The notes beneath the pieces are model-generated. The model saw nothing but the letters and a program-made list of their open reading frames with translations, searched no databases and was not told where the DNA came from. From assembly GCA_963664325.2 (NCBI GenBank), contig CAXXDQ010000004.1, positions 160,001 to 224,000 on the forward strand: DNA of 64,000 nucleotides, in the 5' to 3' direction. Made by a program: the position numbers and the translations under genes. Origin of the DNA: Desulfomonilia bacterium (lineage in GTDB: Bacteria; Desulfobacterota; Desulfomonilia; UBA1062). Positions 10,730-19,936 of this stretch are shown one piece after another (positions within the stretch are counted from its first letter, which is position 1; each line of letters begins with the position of its first letter).

Positions 10730-10858
10730 GGGTTGAGAACCCAACTGTTGTCGTTTATCGCAGGTTCGGGGAGAATGACGGCGGTTTCTATACCTGGCCA
10801 TGACAAAAGGGCAGAGGCAGCGATCCGGCTGAAAACAGCCGGGTCGTTGTCTATGGCC
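10730..10858 (+). ncRNA. Candidate structured RNA or cis-element, possibly a relic of a phage C4-like antisense element
   Basis: 12-bp stem (10745-10756/10773-10784) and 17-bp stem (10815-10831/10836-10852, AAAA loop), both rich in G-U pairs, which favours the + strand. Closing helix GGCCAT/ATGGCC at 10796-10801/10853-10858. Lies in a ~680-bp gap with no credible ORF. Confidence 0.3.
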
Positions 10859-11026
10859 TGAGATTTAATACTGTTGAGATGCTTTAAAAGAAATAGACCA
10901 TCAAGTAATGTTTATTAAGTTAACGTATGCATGCATACCCAACGGACATTCTCCCGATTTCAGGCCAGAACATCATCAAACGCAAACAGAGATTCCCATA
11001 TCATGACAGTTTAAAAAATTATCTTA

Positions 11027-11086
11027 TCAGTTAAACCTTGACATTCTGATTTTTCAGTCCTATCTGATTATACAGATCAGCTGATC
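11027..11086 (+). promoter_or_regulatory. Sigma70-type promoter with repeated CTGAT/TCAG operator-like motifs upstream of the hgcC-like gene
   Basis: TTGACA at 11038-11043; CTGAT at 11046, 11064 and 11081; palindrome GATCAGCTGATC at 11075-11086. The -10 element is weak. Confidence 0.5.
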
Positions 11087-11105
11087 GAAAGAAAGGAGAA
11101 TAATA

Positions 11106-11378
11106 ATGGCCAAATCGAAAACTGCTTCAGGTTGCTGCTCATCGGAAGGACAAAGCTGCTGCAGGGTTGAATCTCTGATTGCCGTCGATGAGCGCGGGCA
11201 GATGGTCCTTCCAAAGGATCTGCGGGAAAGGGCGGGCATCAAGGCGGGAGACAAACTTGCCCTTATCAGCTTTCAAAAGGATGGCGAGGTTTGCTGCCTG
11301 GCTTTAATGAAGGCTGACAATCTGGCGGAACATGTACAGAACTTTCTGGGCCCGGTAATGGGAAATCTTGCAAAATAA
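11106..11378 (+). CDS. hgcC: HgcAB-associated protein HgcC-like; AbrB/MazE-fold DNA-binding protein with Cys pairs
   Basis: CC...CCRVESLIAVDERGQMVLPKDLRERAGIKAGDKLALIS...CCL: the swapped-hairpin AbrB signature plus three CC pairs; RBS AAGGAG. Confidence 0.75.
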   Translation: MAKSKTASGCCSSEGQSCCRVESLIAVDERGQMVLPKDLRERAGIKAGDKLALISFQKDGEVCCLALMKADNLAEHVQNFLGPVMGNLAK

Positions 11379-11394
11379 TAAAGGAGAAAAATCA

Positions 11395-12243
11395 ATGAAT
11401 AGCGATCAGGAAATCAAAAAGGTAGTCAGGGAGAAATATGGCGCCATCGCCAAATCAGCAGGCAAACCGGCATCATCATGCTGTTCGACATCAACGTCAT
11501 CATGCTGCCAGGGTCAATCCACCGCCGAAAACGTCAGTTCCAGGATAGGATACAGCAGTGAAGACATTAAATCAGTCCCTCAGGGCTCAAACCTCGGGCT
11601 TGGCTGCGGAAACCCCGTGGCTCTGGCTTCTCTCAAGGAAGGCGAGACCGTGATCGACCTTGGTTCCGGCGCAGGGTTCGACTGCTTCCTTGCCTCGGCA
11701 AAGGTCGGGGATTCCGGGAAGGTCATAGGCATCGACATGACTGCCGAAATGCTTGAAAAGGCGCGACATAACGCAGCCACCGGCGGGTATAAAAACGTCG
11801 ATTTCCGTCTAGGTGAGATCGAGCATCTGCCGGTTGCTGACGCCACAGGCGACATTATCATATCAAACTGCGTCATCAACCTTTCGACAGACAAACCCCA
11901 GGTGTTCAGGGAGGCATTCAGGACTCTGAAGCCGGGCGGCAGGCTCATGGTGTCGGACATGGTTCTGCAGGAAGAGCTCCCGGATGTGGTCAAGAATTCC
12001 ATAGAAGCCTATGCGGGTTGTGTGGCGGGCGCCATGCTTAAAGATGATTATCTCAAGGCGGTCGAACAGGCAGGCTTCACTGATATCAAGGTTATGGATG
12101 AAACAAGCTTTCCATTCGATCTCATCGAAAGCGATCCGATCGTGAAGGAAGCGGCCGTTTCATTGAATCTCGATAAGATCGAGCTCAAGAGGCTCAATTC
12201 AATGGTCAAGAGCATCAAGCTTTATGCGATGAAACCGGCATAA
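11395..12243 (+). CDS. arsM: Arsenite S-adenosylmethionine methyltransferase
   Basis: V+EKYG..A, N-terminal CC pairs, NLGLGCGNP, DLGSGAGFDCF, ISNCVINL and GCVAGA. Start moved to ATG 11395 after RBS AAGGAG. Confidence 0.92.
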   Translation: MNSDQEIKKVVREKYGAIAKSAGKPASSCCSTSTSSCCQGQSTAENVSSRIGYSSEDIKSVPQGSNLGLGCGNPVALASLKEGETVIDLGSGAGFDCFLASAKVGDSGKVIGIDMTAEMLEKARHNAATGGYKNVDFRLGEIEHLPVADATGDIIISNCVINLSTDKPQVFREAFRTLKPGGRLMVSDMVLQEELPDVVKNSIEAYAGCVAGAMLKDDYLKAVEQAGFTDIKVMDETSFPFDLIESDPIVKEAAVSLNLDKIELKRLNSMVKSIKLYAMKPA

Positions 12244-12264
12244 ATAAAAAAGGAGGTATGACTT

Positions 12265-12843
12265 ATGAAACTCTCACTTCCTGCAAACACCATATTGCTG
12301 CCCTCACCGGTGATGATCATCGGAACATATGGCGCTGACGGCAAACCCAACATCATGAATGCGGCATGGGGAGGGATAGCATCGAGCAAGCCTCCCTGCG
12401 TAAGCGTCTCTCTCAGGGAGGCGACGCTTACCTATCACAACATAAAGCGCTCAAAGGCGTTCACAGTGAATATCCCTTCCGAAAGGTTTGTGAAAGAGGC
12501 CGATTTCGCCGGAATGGTCTCAGGAAAAAATCATGACAAATTCAAGGAGACCGGCCTTACCCCTGAAAAAAGCAAACTGGTCAATGCCCCTATAGTTAAA
12601 GAATTTCCATATGCCCTTGAATGCAAGCTTATCAAAGAAATTGATCTTGGCATGCACACAATGTTCATAGGCGAAATACTCGGAATGGCTGCCGATGACG
12701 ATATACTTAGCCCCGGTCAGATTCCTGATATAGAAAAAGTCAGACCGGTGCTGTTTGGCTCATTCGGGAGCCTGGCTTATTACGGGGTCGGGGAAAAGGC
12801 GGGTGAAGCATTCTCGGCAGGAAAGGAAATACAGAGGAGCTGA
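12265..12843 (+). CDS. Flavin reductase family (flavoredoxin-like) FMN-binding protein
   Basis: Motifs PSPV.IIGTY, NIMNAAWGG, FTVNIP, SG...DKF, LECK and HTMFIGEI. Confidence 0.88.
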   Translation: MKLSLPANTILLPSPVMIIGTYGADGKPNIMNAAWGGIASSKPPCVSVSLREATLTYHNIKRSKAFTVNIPSERFVKEADFAGMVSGKNHDKFKETGLTPEKSKLVNAPIVKEFPYALECKLIKEIDLGMHTMFIGEILGMAADDDILSPGQIPDIEKVRPVLFGSFGSLAYYGVGEKAGEAFSAGKEIQRS

Positions 12844-12996
12844 AACACCGGAAATTCGAGACAAGGTCTTTTCTTATAATATTGACCGGCAGATGCGCTT
12901 TATGAACGAAAGGCCGATCAGCCTGCAAGCCGGAAAGCGCCGGCAGGGTTTCATGTTTTGCTTAACAGCTTATCGGCTACTGGCTAATCAGCTTTT

Positions 12997-14220
12997 CTAA
13001 AATTCCAGCACTCTGGCCAGTTTGTAGAAATCGCTGTCCTTTTCAATGAACTTGAGTCTGGTCAGCCCGGTCCTGGGGTCGATGAGCTCCGTGAACGGCA
13101 CATATTTAAGGCTCATCTGTTCGCCGAGGCTGATCATGACACCGTTAAGGCCTTCTTCGGCAATGGCCCGGCATGCGCCGACCCCGAGCTGGCTTGCCAT
13201 GATGACATCATATCCGTTGGGTGCGGTGCACCTCGTCTCATAGCCGATCTGTTTGGGGATGAACTTCACCTTGTCCCCGGTCCTTTTCTTATGGACCTCG
13301 GCAAGCCTCTCGCAGAGCATTTTGCCGATTTCCAGGTTCGTCAGAACCGCATTCCCGTGGGTGTCTATCTCTTTCATCCGTATTTCATCGGGCAGCTTGT
13401 CGGCAACCCCTTCGGCAATACAGACGACGCCGAAGTCAAGGCCGGCCTTTTTCCTCGCTTCGACAAGCCTTGAAATATCGGCGGCGAGTCTGTCAATATC
13501 AAGTACATCTTCCGTAATGTCTTCAACCGAAATCATTTTCGGGGCCTCGGCCATCATGGCGGCGGCATATGTCAGCCAGCCCGCCTTTCTACCCATTATC
13601 TCGGCTATGAACCAGCTCCCCGAAGTGAAGCTGTCGGCCATCAGGTTCCTGATATTGAGCGAGGCATGCTCCGCCGCGGAAAAAAAGCCGAAGGTCCAGT
13701 CGATGCCCTGGTAGTCGTTATCTATCGTTTTCGGGACATGTACGACCTGCACCGGCCTCAAACCCTTGACCTCTTTCTGAATCCGGTAGAGATAGTTGGC
13801 CGTCTTCAGGGTATCGTCACCGCCTATGGAAACCCACCCGTCGATCTTCATGTCTTCGAAGGCGTTGAAGATGTTTACAAGTCTGGCATTTTTTACCGGG
13901 TCTTTCAGGTCAGACCATTTTTTTATGTCTCCGCCGGGGTTTGCACGGGAATTATGTATGACAACGCCCTGCGAATTCCGCAGCTCGCGGATGACATCAA
14001 AATCGATGTCGATATAGTGCCTGCCCTTGACGAGTCCTTTTGCCCTGCTGTAGTTCTCGATAAACTTGTAACCGTAAAGAAATCCTGTGACTTTTATTCC
14101 GCTTTTCAGGCACGCCGCGGCAACCGCTGAAATTACCGTATTTGCCGCAGGGGCAGGACCGCCGGAAAAAACAATCCCTATATGTTTTATGATTGAAGCC
14201 TGTTTGACCCTCTTTGTCAT
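12997..14220 (-). CDS. 6-phosphofructokinase, probably PPi-dependent
   Basis: Motifs SGGPAP, GGDD, PKTIDND, EIMGR and GYETR. GGDD together with the Lys of PKTIDND is the usual PPi-PFK signature. Confidence 0.85.
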   Translation of the reverse strand: MTKRVKQASIIKHIGIVFSGGPAPAANTVISAVAAACLKSGIKVTGFLYGYKFIENYSRAKGLVKGRHYIDIDFDVIRELRNSQGVVIHNSRANPGGDIKKWSDLKDPVKNARLVNIFNAFEDMKIDGWVSIGGDDTLKTANYLYRIQKEVKGLRPVQVVHVPKTIDNDYQGIDWTFGFFSAAEHASLNIRNLMADSFTSGSWFIAEIMGRKAGWLTYAAAMMAEAPKMISVEDITEDVLDIDRLAADISRLVEARKKAGLDFGVVCIAEGVADKLPDEIRMKEIDTHGNAVLTNLEIGKMLCERLAEVHKKRTGDKVKFIPKQIGYETRCTAPNGYDVIMASQLGVGACRAIAEEGLNGVMISLGEQMSLKYVPFTELIDPRTGLTRLKFIEKDSDFYKLARVLEF

Positions 14221-14333
14221 CTCACTTGCCTCCCGGATATTGCAATATCTGGGCTATAAGCATTAATTCCCCAAAAAACAAGGTGGACTTTTTATTGAAG
14301 ATGGCCTTCCAAAATGCTAAAGTGTCCTTACTT

Positions 14334-15017
14334 ATGGAAAATTCGGAAAATACAGAAAAAAAACGCATTCTGATTGTCGATGACGAGGAAATCATCAGGT
14401 ATTCCCTGGTGAACATTCTTAAAGGCTACGGATATGACGCGATCGATGTGAGCTCCGGCGACGAGGCCATAAAGCTGATGAGCGAACAGAGGATCCACCT
14501 TGTCCTGTCCGATCTTGTAATGGAGGATATGGACGGCCTTCAGCTCCTCGAAAATGTAAAGCTTGTATCACCGCGAACCATAGTTATCATCATTACGGGC
14601 TATGGCTCGCTTAAAACGGCTGTATCGGCTCTCAGGCTAGGGGCCTATGATTACCTGCTGAAGCCGTGCGACGAAGAAGAACTCCTGTTCCGTGTAAAGC
14701 GCGCTCTGGAGATGCAGAGCTTCGGCGATGAGCAGAGACGGATTCAGGAAATAAGCGCCATAGCCAAGACAACGATCACCCTTTCGGATAAAATCAATAC
14801 GCCTCTCAATATAATCCTCGGGAATGTGGAAATGCTTCAGCTTCTCTTCAAGGAAGTCAACAACGACAAGGTAAGGAAAACCCTCGGGACAATGGAAAAG
14901 CAGATATTTATCATCAAAGAAGTTATGGAAAAGCTTGCAAAGCTTACCAATGCCGAAACCAGGAAATATACTTCCTTTTCCGACTATGAAATTATAAATC
15001 TTCCCGACGAAAAATAA
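14334..15017 (+). CDS. Response regulator receiver fused to a degenerate HisKA/DHp-like helix pair
   Basis: REC motifs VDDE, LSDL, ITGYG and YLLKP, then TLSDKINTPLNIILG, an H-box-like segment without His; no ATPase domain. Confidence 0.8.
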   Translation: MENSENTEKKRILIVDDEEIIRYSLVNILKGYGYDAIDVSSGDEAIKLMSEQRIHLVLSDLVMEDMDGLQLLENVKLVSPRTIVIIITGYGSLKTAVSALRLGAYDYLLKPCDEEELLFRVKRALEMQSFGDEQRRIQEISAIAKTTITLSDKINTPLNIILGNVEMLQLLFKEVNNDKVRKTLGTMEKQIFIIKEVMEKLAKLTNAETRKYTSFSDYEIINLPDEK

Positions 15018-15020
15018 GCT

Positions 15021-15416
15021 ATGCTCGAACAGCCTAAAATATTGATTGTGGATGATTCGCAGGAACTCCTGGATGTAATCTGCGAATATATGGAAACATC
15101 AGGATTTACTGTACATGCAACGACGCAGAGCCTGGACGCCCTGAGACTTATTGCAGTAACCGGATACGATGTAGTAATATCGGATATACATATGCCTGAA
15201 ATGGACGGGCTTGAATTGATGGCCCAGATAAAAAGCAAGCATCCGGGTCTGCCTGTCGTACTTATAACAGGCTACAGCGTAAGCGAGGCAAGGAAGATTG
15301 CGATGGAAAAGGGTGCGGATGCCTTTGTTGCCAAACCGTTCCATATGAAAGAAATACTTGATGTCGTAAATAACCTGCTGAACAGAAAAAAACTGAGCAC
15401 TACATGGGAGGACTGA
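15021..15416 (+). CDS. Single-domain response regulator (CheY-like)
   Basis: Motifs IVDD, SDIHMPEMDG, ITGY and VAKPF. Confidence 0.9.
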   Translation: MLEQPKILIVDDSQELLDVICEYMETSGFTVHATTQSLDALRLIAVTGYDVVISDIHMPEMDGLELMAQIKSKHPGLPVVLITGYSVSEARKIAMEKGADAFVAKPFHMKEILDVVNNLLNRKKLSTTWED

Positions 15417-15420
15417 CTTT

Positions 15421-15879
15421 ATGGCTAAGCAGAAGGTAAAAAAACCCAGAAGGATCTTGTGTTATATAGATCTCAGCAAAAGCAGCAAATACATCATTGA
15501 ATACGCAAAACAGATATCAGACCTGACCGGAGCGGAGATATATTTCCTTCATACGATATCCGACCTTGGCAAGTTTGCAGGGTTTTATGTCCCGCACATG
15601 AGCACGGACGGCCTTTCCAGCGAGATGCTGAAGGGTGCCAGAGACAAGCTTTATGCCGTCTGCATGCAGACTATCGGTGAAGTCGACATCTCGAGGCGGA
15701 TTGTAAAAGAGGGTGACCCCGTGGAAGCCATTTATGAGGAAATAGACCGGCTCGGGGCCGACCTCCTGATAATCGGCCATGATTTCAAGACCTTTTCATT
15801 CTTCAAGGAAGACTATGTGAGCCGGTATCTGAAAGCCCCGTCATGCCCGATTCTCGTCATACCGGTCAGCGGAGAATAA
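15421..15879 (+). CDS. Universal stress protein (USP)
   Basis: ILCYIDLS.SS, GDPVEAI, ADLLIIG and CPILVIP. Confidence 0.85.
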   Translation: MAKQKVKKPRRILCYIDLSKSSKYIIEYAKQISDLTGAEIYFLHTISDLGKFAGFYVPHMSTDGLSSEMLKGARDKLYAVCMQTIGEVDISRRIVKEGDPVEAIYEEIDRLGADLLIIGHDFKTFSFFKEDYVSRYLKAPSCPILVIPVSGE

Positions 15880-16504
15880 CGGTTTTCATAAGAAAGGATA
15901 AAAAGGGCTTGTCCGGGCTGCCGTCGATTTGGATCACGACAAGCCCCTTTTTATCAAAAATTAGCCCCATCTGTTTTGTCGAAGAAAGGAAGCCGATCCC
16001 GTTTACGCCTTCAGGCAGAATTATGCAGGCCTTTTCATCTCCCCTCATCCACCTGGGGACAATCTCGGCCCTGACCCCCAGGAACAGGGGATTATAGCGC
16101 TTTTCAAAGACGGCTCTGACTATTTCAGCAGTGCTTTTCGAGGATACGTTTCCGAGCATCATCCTGGAAAGCGGTTTGTCAAGCGAGGCCTTAAGCCGTT
16201 TTTCATATCCGTTGTCTTTGCCTTCCGAGATCAGTCCTGAAACACGTTTTGGTAGTGAAAAAAATCTTATCGAATTGTTCACTGTCTCATGACTCATATC
16301 AACTGGAATACAGGCCTCGATCAGGTCCGATCTGACATGGACGCATTGATTGATGACGGGTTTGATAATTTCAGGTTCAAGCATCAGTTCGGGCGTTACT
16401 CTGAAGGCACGGCTGATATAAAGGGCATAACAGCAAAAGAGAATGATGATGAACCCGGCGAGGAATCTTGTCTGAACGTTTCCCGAGCGAAATTTCAGAA
16501 CCAT
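15866..16504 (-). CDS. Hypothetical membrane-anchored protein
   Basis: 212-aa ORF with an N-terminal TM helix; last gene of the minus-strand run. Confidence 0.55.
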   Translation of the reverse strand: MVLKFRSGNVQTRFLAGFIIILFCCYALYISRAFRVTPELMLEPEIIKPVINQCVHVRSDLIEACIPVDMSHETVNNSIRFFSLPKRVSGLISEGKDNGYEKRLKASLDKPLSRMMLGNVSSKSTAEIVRAVFEKRYNPLFLGVRAEIVPRWMRGDEKACIILPEGVNGIGFLSSTKQMGLIFDKKGLVVIQIDGSPDKPFLSFLMKTVILR

Positions 16505-16752
16505 TTCGGCTTGATTGGTTTGTCTGAAAACACCATGCGGCCCGACTGCATTTCATTGTCCTGTTCATGTGCAACTCCGGGCGGCCTTGGAATTTCCAGG
16601 GGTAATGGATGCAATTCGTCATCAGGCTTTTCATTCGCGGTGCTTATCTGTTTTGACCCTAATTTTTTTCCAAGCAGTTTCATTATCATCGGTGCGAGAA
16701 GAAAAACCGCCACAATGATTATGGAGATCAGATTGCTTTCTTTGCCTTCCAT
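16495..16752 (-). CDS. Small hypothetical membrane protein
   Basis: 85-aa ORF with one N-terminal hydrophobic helix and a plausible RBS. Confidence 0.5.
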   Translation of the reverse strand: MEGKESNLISIIIVAVFLLAPMIMKLLGKKLGSKQISTANEKPDDELHPLPLEIPRPPGVAHEQDNEMQSGRMVFSDKPIKPKWF

Positions 16753-16775
16753 GATCCTATTCTATCACAAAACAT

Positions 16776-17870
16776 TCACAAGTCATATCTGGTTTTCAAA
16801 CGCGACTGCCTCTCAAATCTTTCAAGCGCCAGACTGATAAGCCGCTCAACAAGCTCTCCATAAGATATGCCGCTGGCTTCCCATAGCTTTGGATACATGC
16901 TTATCCTGGTGAATCCGGGTATCGTGTTTATCTCGTTTACGATTATCTCGCCGTCCGCCTTAAGGAAAAAATCCACCCGTGCCATGCCTTCGCAAGAGAG
17001 CGCCTCAAAGACTTTTTTTGCCGTATTACGGAACCCGGCAATCTCCTCTTCGGACAGCCTGGCGGGAATTTCCAGGATTGCGCCGTTTTCGTCAATGTAT
17101 TTGGCCTCGTAGGAATAGAACTCGTGTCTGGGGATTATTTCTCCCGGTATCGAGACAATGGGGTCGTCATTCCCAAGGACCGAGCATTCTATCTCCCTGC
17201 CGGCAATGCACTCTTCAACCAGGACTTTCATGTCGTATTCAAATGCCTTTTTGATTCCGGAGAGAAATTCCTCTTCGCAATCCGCTTTGCTTACACCGAC
17301 TGAGGAGCCCATGTTTGCCGGTTTGATAAAAAGAGGCAGCCCGAGTTTTTCTTTCGCAGTCTTGAAATCGGCCTCGGCTTCCTTTTTAATGGTGATGAAA
17401 TCGGCAACCCTGATCCCGGCATCTCTGAGAAGCCTTTTCGCCACATCCTTGTCCATCCCGACCGCAGAGCCCAGGACTCCTGCGCCCACAAAAGGGATCC
17501 CTGCCAGTTTCAGCATGCCCTGGATCGTGCCGTCCTCGCCATAGGTGCCGTGCAGCACGGGGAATACGACGTCCAGACGGCCTATTCCGGTTTCACCAGC
17601 GGTATTGACAAGCTGCCTGCCGCTTTCACCCGGAACAAGGGCCAGTTCATTACCTGTACTGTTGAGGGCAATGAGTCTGGGGTCGTTTTCATTGAGCAGG
17701 TATTTCGTTTCATCCTTTAAATACCACCTGCCCTCTTTATCCATGCCTATAAGGACAACTTCATATTTGTCCCTGTTGATGGCCGCAATAACGTTTTTTG
17801 CAGACTGCAGCGATACCTCATGCTCTGCCGAGCGGCCGCCGAATATCACTCCGACTCTGATTTTTTTCAT
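16776..17870 (-). CDS. ddl: D-alanine--D-alanine ligase
   Basis: Motifs [38 protein letters not shown] and [10 protein letters not shown]. Confidence 0.96.
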   Translation of the reverse strand: MKKIRVGVIFGGRSAEHEVSLQSAKNVIAAINRDKYEVVLIGMDKEGRWYLKDETKYLLNENDPRLIALNSTGNELALVPGESGRQLVNTAGETGIGRLDVVFPVLHGTYGEDGTIQGMLKLAGIPFVGAGVLGSAVGMDKDVAKRLLRDAGIRVADFITIKKEAEADFKTAKEKLGLPLFIKPANMGSSVGVSKADCEEEFLSGIKKAFEYDMKVLVEECIAGREIECSVLGNDDPIVSIPGEIIPRHEFYSYEAKYIDENGAILEIPARLSEEEIAGFRNTAKKVFEALSCEGMARVDFFLKADGEIIVNEINTIPGFTRISMYPKLWEASGISYGELVERLISLALERFERQSRLKTRYDL

Positions 17871-18457
17871 ATATGATCCCTTTTTATCCCGATGGATTTA
17901 TCTATCGCATCCCATACCCCGGCAAGCCCTGACCGGTCTACCGATGATACTGCAATCACTTCAGCGGAGGAAGAAGCCTTGAGGGCTGCCGCAAGCCCTA
18001 TCTTCTCCGAGGTGTTTACCTTGTCGGCTTTCGTGGCGGCAACGAGCACCCTGACGCCCATTCTTGATGCAATATTGATGAGCATTCTTTCTTCCTTATC
18101 TATACCACGTCTGATGTCCATTACGATTATCAGGAGTTTCAGGCCTGTATTGCCCGAGAAATAGCGCCTTGCCAGGCCGTCCCATTCGGACTTCATGCCC
18201 TTTGCGATCCTGGCATAACCGTAGCCCGGCATGTCTACCATGTAGATCGCGGGCAATTCGACCGTTTCGACAATGAAGTAATTGATGTTGCGCGTCTTGC
18301 CTGGTACCTTGCTTGTCTGGACAAGGTTTTTCCTGCCGAGCAGGGCGTTTATCAGCGAGGACTTCCCTGCATTCGAACGGCCCGAAAAGGCGATCTCGGG
18401 CAGAAGTTCCCGAATGTCATGAACTGTCCCTGCATAATCAGCGCGTTTTATCTTCAC
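17867..18457 (-). CDS. engB: Ribosome biogenesis GTPase YihA/YsxC
   Basis: Motifs [24 protein letters not shown] and TKADK. Confidence 0.93.
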   Translation of the reverse strand: MKIKRADYAGTVHDIRELLPEIAFSGRSNAGKSSLINALLGRKNLVQTSKVPGKTRNINYFIVETVELPAIYMVDMPGYGYARIAKGMKSEWDGLARRYFSGNTGLKLLIIVMDIRRGIDKEERMLINIASRMGVRVLVAATKADKVNTSEKIGLAAALKASSSAEVIAVSSVDRSGLAGVWDAIDKSIGIKRDHI

Positions 18458-18460
18458 TTT

Positions 18461-19597
18461 CTACAGACCCTTCAGATATCCGCCGACCCTGCGTATGCCT
18501 TCGATTATATTTGCCTCCGAATTGGCATAAGAAAAGCGGATGAAGCTCTTAACCGAATGCCCGAAGTCGATGCCCGGTGTAACACCCACCCCGGTATTAT
18601 TGAGAATATCGAATGCAAGCCTGTATGAGTCATCGGTTATGTGATCAATATTTGCCATCACATAAAAGGCTCCCGTTGGCCTTGATTCAAGTCTGAAGCC
18701 GTATTTTTCCATGCCGGCCAGCATTACGAGCCTGCGTTTTGCAAAGATCTCCTTCATCGCCTCACGGTCAGGGCCGGCCTCGTTCAGGGCAGCAACACCG
18801 GCCCACTGCGCAACCGAGGGCGCGCATATTACAAGGTTCTGCTGGAGCTTCTGCGCCGCCCTGATGAGCCCTTTCGGGAATATCGCCCAGCCCAGCCTCC
18901 AGCCTGTCATGGCCCAGGCCTTTGAAAAGCCGTTGATTATGATCGCGTTGTCCGTGAACTCCGCCATCGTATGCTGCCCGCCTTCATAGACAAGGCCGTG
19001 ATATATTTCATCGGATATGACTGTCACGCCTGAACCTGCCAGGGCCTTCATCCTGTCTTCGTCAAGGCATACGCCTGTCGGGTTTGACGGGGAATTGACA
19101 AGCAGCGCCCTGGTATTCCTGCACACTGCGCTTCTGACCCGTTCAGGGTCCAGTTTAAACCCGTCCTGCCGGGTCGGCACATAATCGATTGCTGCATCGA
19201 GCAGCCGGGCGAAATTGGGGTAACAGGCATAATGCGGGTCTGTCATGATGATCCTGTCTCCCGCATCGAGCAGCACAGCAAACGCAATCAGCAGGGCCGC
19301 GGATGAACCGGTTGTTACAAGCACCTGCGCAGGATCGATGTCAATCCTGTATGTCCTTTTATAATGGGCGCATATCGCCTCCCTCAGCTCGGGGATGGCC
19401 AGCGAATGCGTGTAATGAGTCTTTCCTTCCCTCATCGCCCTTATGGCCGCATCCATCACGCATCCGGGCGTGTCAAAATCGGGTTCGCCCACTTCAAGGT
19501 GGATGACATCCATATCCTGTGGCAGGTCGTGTGCCGCCTCAAGTATATCCATGACAAGAAAAGGTTTTATCTCTTCGGCTTTTCGTGAAATGTGCAT
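18461..19597 (-). CDS. PLP-dependent aminotransferase class I/II (aspartate aminotransferase-like)
   Basis: Motifs GEPDF, NSPSNPTG, SDEIY and FSKAWAMTGWRLG. Confidence 0.92.
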   Translation of the reverse strand: MHISRKAEEIKPFLVMDILEAAHDLPQDMDVIHLEVGEPDFDTPGCVMDAAIRAMREGKTHYTHSLAIPELREAICAHYKRTYRIDIDPAQVLVTTGSSAALLIAFAVLLDAGDRIIMTDPHYACYPNFARLLDAAIDYVPTRQDGFKLDPERVRSAVCRNTRALLVNSPSNPTGVCLDEDRMKALAGSGVTVISDEIYHGLVYEGGQHTMAEFTDNAIIINGFSKAWAMTGWRLGWAIFPKGLIRAAQKLQQNLVICAPSVAQWAGVAALNEAGPDREAMKEIFAKRRLVMLAGMEKYGFRLESRPTGAFYVMANIDHITDDSYRLAFDILNNTGVGVTPGIDFGHSVKSFIRFSYANSEANIIEGIRRVGGYLKGL

Positions 19598-19599
19598 GG

Positions 19600-19929
19600 T
19601 TATTCCTTAAGATCCTGTTTTTCCTCCTGTTGCGCTTTTTCCACCGGCATGCCTTCCCGCCTCCTGAACCTGAAAAAATAGACAAGGGGCCAGGGAAGGA
19701 CCAGAAAAGTGCTCAACACTGACAGATGCCACCCCCTGGTAATCAGGGAACTGCCAAGCTGTTCCACCCTGGCCTCCGGGGCCGCAAGGCCGCATACGAC
19801 CAGTCCGAACCAGATGTAAAGGAACAGCATCGCGTGGAAGTGGTATCTGATAAGCCAGACGGTCTTTTTAAAAAAGCCATTTTCGGGAAATGAAACATCT
19901 TTTCTTTCAGTATCTGTCATGAGAGCCAC
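19600..19929 (-). CDS. Small hypothetical membrane protein (2 TM)
   Basis: Tightly packed in the operon (gaps of 2 and 7 nt); two hydrophobic segments. Confidence 0.55.
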   Translation of the reverse strand: MALMTDTERKDVSFPENGFFKKTVWLIRYHFHAMLFLYIWFGLVVCGLAAPEARVEQLGSSLITRGWHLSVLSTFLVLPWPLVYFFRFRRREGMPVEKAQQEEKQDLKE

Positions 19930-19936
19930 CTCTTTA

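Noticed and set aside
10700-10860. 6S RNA or c-di-GMP riboswitch
   Set aside because: It lacks the long closing rod of 6S and the GGCAAAC...GAAA...GACGCAAAGC core of c-di-GMP-I; kept only as an unassigned structure.
11106-12843. Mercury methylation locus
   Set aside because: No hgcA (cap-helix NVWCAAGK) or hgcB in the window; hgcC alone is not evidence of methylation.
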